From assembly GCF_009914755.1 (NCBI RefSeq), contig NC_060928.1: a stretch of DNA of 64,000 nucleotides; one strand, 5' to 3'. The DNA comes from the human T2T-CHM13v2.0 reference genome, Homo sapiens. Under the pieces are notes generated by a model that was given only the letters and a program-made list of their open reading frames with translations, was not told where the DNA came from and searched no databases. A program made the translations under genes and the position numbers. Below are positions 56,001-64,000 of the stretch, piece after piece (the first letter of the stretch is position 1; each line of letters starts with the position of its first letter).

Positions 56001-57098
56001 TTTATAATAAATTAATGTCTGGATTAATAATTGATTACTCAATAAATTAATAAAGTATATTTATATCTTCTCCCTTAGCCCAGTGCTTAGCATAATATAT
56101 ATAATTTACTAAATGATTAAAAGTTTCAAATAGACTGATGGAAATTACTACCATAAAACAACCAAATATAAGTAAAAGCAAACAAACATATAACACTTAA
56201 ACATATTTAATTTTAATAGTATTTCAATATTAATTTTAAAATATTTAAAGTTTGAAAAATTTTAAATATTTAAGTCAGGTTTTTATTTTAAAATGTCTAG
56301 ATAAATAACTCAAGTCTTTGTAGAATTTTTTATGAGTCGGAACTCACTTTTTGTTTTTGTCATTTCATCATTAGGGACCTATTTCCTCTTCTGAGAATTC
56401 AATTAAGGTGGAAAAATTTGGGCAGTTAGCATTACTCTATGTGTCAACTTATTTTATCATCTCAGTGGCACATGTGCAGAATTGCTTCTTCTATTCTCCT
56501 AGAAAAGCAATGTAAAGTTCTACTCGAGGGAAAGTTCTTCCTTCTTCGGGTGTCTAACATCAGGTGCATCCTGGGCTCACCACCTTGTGGTAAAAGTTCC
56601 AACAGTCCCATGGGTGTTTAGAATATCATCCAGAGGATCTGAGATGGTTGCTTCTAGCATTGTACTGAAGAGAGATAATGGCTCTATCAACCTCACTCAT
56701 CAATATTGTCACTGAATTTATTTGTCATATAACAGCCCAAGGCATTATTGCTATCAGAATAACAGGAAAACATATTTTTGACTGAGTTGAATTAACTGGG
56801 GAACTTTCCTCATTACTACTGGTAAATTCTTCTTAAACTGGCTATCATTTATGTTGGATCTTGATACCTAAGTTGCTGGTGAACTAAGATGTTCTAATTA
56901 GTTATTCCACATGGAAATAATATGGGTTGTCCTCATAATATTGACCACGAGTACTAGAACTCACCCTATTAGGAGTTTCAACACAGTAGTTTCTTACATT
57001 TCCTCAGATAGCCTCATAGGATACAAGAAGGTGGGCATATCCTTCCTTAATAATTTCATTATATTTAGGAAAATCTGAAATATAAGGCAGAAATTGTT

Positions 57099-59597
57099 TT
57101 TTTAAAAAAAACTTTTAAGTTTAAGGATAAAAGTGCAGGATGTGCGGGTTTATTACATAGGCAAACATGTGTCACCAGAGTTTGTTGTACAGATTATTTC
57201 ATCACCCAGGTATTAAGCCTAGTATGCATAGTTACTTTTCCTAGTCCTCTCCCTCCTCCCATTTTCCACCCTCCAATAGGCCACAGTGTGTGGTGTTCCC
57301 CTCTATGTGTCCATGTGTTCTCAGCATTTGACTCCCACTTATAAATGAGAACATGCTGTATTTAGTTTTCTGTTCCTGCATTAGTTTTCTAAGCATAATG
57401 GCCTCCAGCTCCATCCATGTCCCTGCAATGGACATGATCTCATTCTTTTTTATGGCTGCATAGTATTTCATCATGTATATGTGCCACATTTTCTTTATGC
57501 AATCTCTCTTTGATGGGCATTTAGGTTGATTCCCTGTCTTTGCTATTGTGAATAGTGCTCAATGAATATACGCATGTATATGTCTTTATAACAAAACTAT
57601 TTATATTCCTTTGTATATATACCCAGTAATGGGATTGCTGGGTGGAATGGTATTTCTGTCTTTAGGTCTTGAGGAATTGCCACACTGTTTTCCACAATGG
57701 TTGAATTAATTTACACTCCCATCAACAGTCTATAAGCATTTCTTTTTCTCCACCACCTCACCAGCATCTTTTATTTTTTGACTTTTTAATAATAGCTATT
57801 CTGACTGGTGTGAGATTATATCTTATTGTGGTTTTGATTTGCATTTCCCTAATGATCAATGATGTTGAGCTTTTCTTCATACAGTTGTTGGCTGCATGTA
57901 TATTTTCTTTTGAGAAGTGTCTGTTCATGTCCTTTGCCCACTTTTTCATGGGGTATTTTTTTCTTGTAAATTTCTTTAAGTTCCTTATAGATGCTGGGTA
58001 TCAGACCTTTGTCAGATGCATAGTTTGCAAAAATCTTCTCCCATTTTGTAGGTTGTCTGTTTACTCTGTTGATAGTTTCTTTTGCTGTGCAGAAGCTCTT
58101 TAGTTTAATTAGATTCCATTTGTCAATTTTTGCCTTTGTTGCAATTGCTTTTGGCATCTTCAACATGAAATCTTTGCCTGTGCCTATGTCTTGAATGGTA
58201 TTGCCTAGGTTTTCTTCTAGGGATTTTATATGTTTGGTTTCTACAGTTTGGGTTTTTATGTTTAAGTCTATAATCCATCTTGAGTTAATTTTTGTATATG
58301 GTTCAAGGAAGAGGTCCAGTTTTAGTTTTCTGCATATGGCTAGCCAGTTGTCCCAGCACCACTTATTGAACAGGGAATCCTTTCCCTATTGCTTGTTTTT
58401 GTCAGGTTTGTCAAAGATCAAATCATTGTAGGTGTATGGTCTTATTTATGGGTTCTCTATTCTGTTCCATTGGTCTATGTGTCTTTTCTTGTAACAGTAC
58501 TATGCTGTTTTGGTTATTGTAGCCCTGTAGTACAGTTTGAAGTCAGGCAGTGTGATACTTCCAGCTTTGTTCTTTTTGCTTAGGATTGCCTTGGCTATTC
58601 AGGCTCTTTTTTGGTTCCATATGAATTTTAAAATAGTTTTCTCTAGTTTTGTACCAAGATCTGGCAGAGATACAACAACAACAACAACAAAAACTTCAGG
58701 CCAATATCCCTGATGAACGCTGGTGCAAATATCCTCAATAAAATATTAGCAAGCCAAATCCAGAAGCATATCAAAAACCTTATCCACCATGATCAAGTTG
58801 GCTTCATTCCTGGGATGCAAGATTGGTTCAACATATGCAAAACAATAAATGTAATTATCCCATAACAGAACTGAAGAGAAAAACCACATGATTATCTCAA
58901 TAGATGAAGTAAAGGACTTCAATAAAATTAAACGTTTCTTCATATTAAAAACTCTCAATAAACTAGATATTGAAGGAACATGCCTCAAAATAATAAGAGT
59001 AGTACATGACAAACGCACAGCCAATATCATACTGAATGGGCAAAAGCTGGAGGCATTCTCCTTGGAAACCAATACAGGACAAGGATGCCCTATCTCACCA
59101 CTCCTATTCAACATAGTGTTGGAAGTTCTGGCCAGGGTAATCGGGCAGGAGAAATAAATAAAGTGCATTCAAATAGGAAATCAGACTCTCCCTGTTTGCG
59201 GATGACATGATCCTGTATCTAGAAAACCCGACTGTCTCAGCCCAAAAGCTTCTTAAGCTGATAGGCAACTTCAGCAAAATCTCAGGATACAAAATCAATG
59301 TGCAAAAATCATTAGTATTTCTATACGCCAACAACAGTCAAGCCAAAAGCCAAACCACGAATGGAATTCCCATTCACAATTGTCACAAAAAAAATAAAAT
59401 TCCTAGGAATATAGCTAACAGGGAAGGTGAAAGATCTGTACAAGGAGAACTACAAACCACTGCTCAAAGAAATCAGAGATGACACAAACAAATGGAAAAA
59501 CATTCCATGCTCATGGATAGGAAGAATCGATATTGTTAAAATGGCCATACTGCCTAAAGAAACTTATAAATTCAATGCCATTCCCAATAAACTACCA
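57099..59597 (-). mobile_element. L1PA (about PA11-13), 5'-truncated with 5' inversion
   Basis: 3' part on - strand to ~58652, inverted RT-region part on + strand 58652-59597 (ORF 58888-59157 '[17 protein letters not shown]'); TSD cagaaattgtt (57088-98) / cagaaattctt (59596-606). Confidence 0.93.
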
Positions 59598-61859
59598 GAA
59601 ATTCTTAATACCAGGTGTATATAATTCAGGTAAAAGTCAATATTCAGTATTGACATAGGAAGCTAACTATCAAAATTAAAGAATAAAAATTAAGAATTTC
59701 TATATTGATATGTAGAATAAACCTACATAGGCTTTTCTGACACTGTGCTTTCTATTGTCTTTCCCATTAGTCTGTGATTTTCTATTGTTCTCATGGAGAC
59801 ACTCATTCTCAGAGGGCAGCAATAGATTATGGGGTTCACTATCTTAGCTGTTTGTTAGTGGGCATCATCTATTTTCATCTGTGGCTCACCTTGTGAATTT
59901 TATGAGACATAAAAGGTACATCAGTTTTTGTTTTTGTTTTTATGTCTGTAGCTGCTTTTCTCTTTCTCTCTCTATTCCTGGAAATCTGCTCCACCTACCA
60001 GTTGGCATATCATTTCCCAACTCCACTGGTAGCCTATTCTGTTTAAGCAAAGCACAGATTTATTTCATCCTGACATATCCCATAAGAATATATGACTATG
60101 ATGGCTTCTATTTTAAGATTTTATTTTTTATTTTTGCTATTTTAGAGACGCAGAATCTCTTCTTTGTACAGCTTGATTTTGATGAATCTTAATGAGATAA
60201 CTTTTTGTGCAGGACTGTGGGTACATTTTCTGTTGGGCATCAAGACTAATAGCAATGTTTTTTTGTTTTAATAAGCCTGTTTGCCAATTTTTTTGGGGGG
60301 GAATAATAGAAAATGAATTACATTTGTAAAAATTTTGGAATGCCATTTGTTATTGCTTCTCAGTGTTTACTAAATAATATTTTTGGCTTATAGTTGTCAA
60401 GAGATGTTAAACATGTTGCAATGGAAATTAATTATCTGATATTTTGAGATTTTACATTCAGACTTGATGTAAAAAAATGAGCCCGAAAACAAAAATTATA
60501 AAAATGTAACTGTAAAAATTGTAAGCCTGAAAGTAGAAATTAAGTGATCAAGAATTTTTGGTAATAAATATTTAAATAAACTTATCAGGAATAAAAAGTT
60601 ACATAGCATTTTCTCTAATAATATTTTAGCAAACCTTTAAAACTCTAAATTGGAACATAAATATTTATATTACACATTTGTATAAACATAGGTTTAAGAA
60701 AACATGTAATTAAAATATCTTAATCTCTCTGAAATACCTGAATAAATGATTAATAATAAATCTGTTAAACACACTTTATTTGTAGACAGTGGACAAGTTT
60801 GCCACTGCTATCAAAATTTATGTTAAAAATAATAATCATTGAAAAAAGTTCAGTTTAAGACATCAAAATTTTATCACATTTTACTCATTACTTTTTTAGC
60901 CGTATTCTGCATTATTTAGTTTCCAGCACAGCAGAAACATTTCAATACTACCTACAAATACTCTTTATACCAATACAGGTCTCTTATATTCTTGGAGCTG
61001 AAGCTTTTATTTGTTGCTCAGATGAAATTTCATTATCATGCTGTGAGAGAGAATTTGGCTTGTGTAAATTGAGAGAAAGCTTCAATAGACATCGCTTTAA
61101 ACACAGATTTTCTTATACAGTAAATTAAAACTTATTTTTCATAGGAAAGTCATAATCACTGGAATTTCTTTTCTGACTATGTGTGGTATAATACATTGAA
61201 ATGTCAAAAGTTCAAAACCTCATATATACCTGTGATATAAAACATTTACTACCTTGAGGGAATTAAAAGGCATGTCTTCCTCTCTTTAGAGTTTAAGACA
61301 ATTGTCATATTACTCATAATTTTCATAGTGAAACCTTCTTTCATTAGGTGGTGGTTTTTTATTGTCACATTTAATCTATTAGTTGTCAAACATTTTTGCT
61401 AAAATGTTTTCAAAAATGATATAACCCCTCATAGTTTTTCATTCTGACACTTAAATTTTATATTTAAGTCATTGCCAAGATAAAACTTCTGGGGTGTTGT
61501 GTATTATATCTATGCTTCAAATATATTTTCATCACAGTCTTGGAGGTACAATTTACTGCATTTAATTTGTGGACATTATACGGCAATTTATAGTCTTTGT
61601 TATACAGAGCAGCCAAATAGAATTACTCCATCTGAAAATGTGTGGCTTTATTATTAAATTTGAATTTATGTGTTAATATGTATTACTGGGGAAACAATCT
61701 CTTTTCCTGAATGCTAACTCTAAATAGAGAGACTGTTTATGTATATAAATAGAATGCCATCCTAACTTTGTGGCATTTGAGAAATGTGAGGCCTATACTT
61801 TCCATTTTTTTTAATAAGCTATTTGTTTTATTCTCACAATACTCACCTTAGAGCAATGC

Positions 61860-62340
61860 ATTCTTACAATACACCTTTGTTTAGTTCCCTGGAGGTAGTT
61901 AGAAAGATCATTCTGTCTGCATTATAGAAAATAAATGACAGTAAAGATAATACCAGAGCTAGTAAAACAATTGGGTGGATGCTATAGCAATGCAGGCGAA
62001 AGAGGTGATGGCCCTGACATGAACAGGACGGTGACGATGGGAAGAAATAGACATACCTAAGAAATATATGCAAAGCATGATAAACAGAATGTATTGATTG
62101 CTTGGATGACTCTATTTTACCTTCCAGCGTCCTGACTTGAGAAACTGAAAGATTGATGATGATGTTTACCAAATCAGAAAACACAAGTGATGCCACTGGC
62201 CTGGCCAATAGGAAGAAGAGATGATGAGTTCAGTTTGGGAAATAGTTTTAAGGTCCTTTGTGGCATCCAAGTCCAGAGCTAAGTAGATCATAAATTGTAT
62301 AAGTCTGAGCCTCAATATATCTCAGAGGTAGGAGGTCAAT
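61860..62340 (-). mobile_element. L2 fragment
   Basis: 'tagaaagatcattctgtctgca', 'gatgatgagttcagtttggga'. Confidence 0.75.
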
Positions 62341-62499
62341 ATTTCTCCTCCAGTTAAGCAATTTCTGAAATCAGCTATTCATAATCTTTACTTGATTAAT
62401 TATAAAGATAGTCACATTGGTCCTGATTACACACTTGTATGATTCCTCTGCTACCTACTATTCAACATATTTAACTCAATTTCTATTAAACATCAAATT

Positions 62500-63455
62500 G
62501 AATTTATTCATTTATTCTTTCATTCTTCTTTAATAACCTTTTTGGGGAAAATATATGGACCGAAAATTACAGAAACCATGCACATATCACTCAACAAATT
62601 CCCTCAACCTGAATACATTTAAGTAAACAATTGCTCTTCAGAGCAAGAAATAGAATACCACCAATATTACAAAAGTCCTCTCATAGCCCATCTCAATCAC
62701 TTCCATCTCCTCAAAAAAGTAACCCATATCCTAAGTGCTAACGTTATAAATTTACCTGTTTTCTTGTTCTTTGAGCTTCATGTTGTGGAGAGCCATTTTG
62801 GAACCCCAGAGTTAGTACGAAGTTTATTTTAAGCTAAATACAGCCAAAACTTCAACAAATGCCAAAATAGTCCTTCTCAGAGCTTTTCTTATCTGACTTA
62901 AAGGGGCAATATTGTGAAATCAAGCTACCACAAATTTCCTCTCTGGGATAGTTTAATGGCCATGAAGATGAGAGAAAGACCACTGACATCTGCATAAACA
63001 ACGTTTTTTATTTCCAGTTTGTTCTAAAAATCTATTTATCTTTGCTAAAGAAACCTATTTATTATTCCCATAGAAGAATTTTCTCCTTCTCCGTTTCTCT
63101 ACCAAATTAGGTGTATAAACCTCTAACTTTAGCCATTTAGCCAGCTAGCTATTTCTTTAGTAGCTCCATATGAATATGAATAAACATTTTTAAAAAAATC
63201 TTTTAAATCTATCTTTTGTCTGTTTAATTTTCAGGTTTCCATCATTGAACATAGAGGGTAGAGGGAAAGTTTTTTTTTTTTTAATCCTAACAATATAGAT
63301 AGAATTATAAATTTTTTCTTTATATGTCTGGCATTTTTGCTTAAAATCATATTTCTGTGATTAATTTATTTTTATTGCTGAATTAAAAAATATTCTTTGT
63401 ATGAAATCACAGCAATTTATCGATTCTGCTATAGAAAGAATTTTAGGTTGTTTCA
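62500..63455 (-). mobile_element. Old L1ME-type 3'UTR fragment interrupted by an LTR
   Basis: 'caagaaatagaataccacc...aagtaacccatatcct' resumes as 'tagaattata...tgtctggcatttttgctta' after the LTR. Confidence 0.65.
62784..63292 (+). mobile_element. ERV1 solo LTR (MER34/MER39-group-like)
   Basis: TG...CA termini, TATA-like 'gtataaa' ~63112, AATAAA ~63179, 3' 'atcttttgtctgtttaattttcagg...gggtagagggaaag'. Confidence 0.7.
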
Positions 63456-63810
63456 TTTATTCATAGTTCATCAATGTGCATACCATGTATTTATTGAGTA
63501 CCAATTTTGCCCCGCTATACTAAGATAAAAAATACATATAAGACACAGTTCATGCTCTCAAGGGACTTATACTCCAATAACAGGAATAAAAGATAAATAA
63601 ATATAACCAGTGCAAATAATATGAGATTGTTATGGACAAAATAGAATATACTAGGGCAAAGAAGAATTTTGCTTAAGAAATGAGATCAAAGAACAACTGA
63701 GGAGTAAGAGACCTTTGATCTAGAAGCCTGAGCAGGCAGTGGATAGAGGAGATAGCATGTGTAAATAAATTTAGGAGTAAAAAAATGGCAGGATTATGAA
63801 CAGTAATTCC
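63455..63810 (-). mobile_element. L2 3' fragment
   Basis: 'tatttattgagtacc...agacacagttcatgctctcaagggacttatactc'. Confidence 0.65.
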
Positions 63811-63841
63811 AAATGCACTGTTTCTGTTTTTGTCATTTTAC

Positions 63842-64000
<159 letters not shown>

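Noticed and set aside
56238-56271. AT-only inverted repeat aaatatttaaa...tttaaatattt
   Set aside because: Expected by chance in very AT-rich low-complexity sequence

Overview
AT-rich, CpG-poor primate genomic DNA (Alu plus a young L1PA2/PA3-type element suggest human or great ape). It is intergenic or deep-intronic, and by eye about half or more is transposon-derived. I found no credible host protein-coding exon, RNA gene or CpG island; every long ORF in the track is a LINE-1 ORF1/ORF2 remnant. Contents: a near full-length old L1MA (4.2-11.9 kb), several older L1M fragments, two independent 5'-inverted (twin-primed) L1PA insertions with recoverable TSDs, four Alus, MaLR/ERVL/ERV1 solo LTRs, Tigger3a, MER1B, MER30 and MADE1 DNA-transposon relics, L2/MIR fragments and microsatellites. 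I see no evidence of a new biological system. The most notable unexplained structures are a ~185-bp dispersed duplication of apparently non-TE sequence (40.1 and 47.3 kb), several perfect short inverted repeats resembling replication template-switch scars (including a three-TIR MADE1), and a probable short 3' transduction on the young L1. Subfamily names are recalled from consensus sequences and need RepeatMasker/Dfam confirmation.
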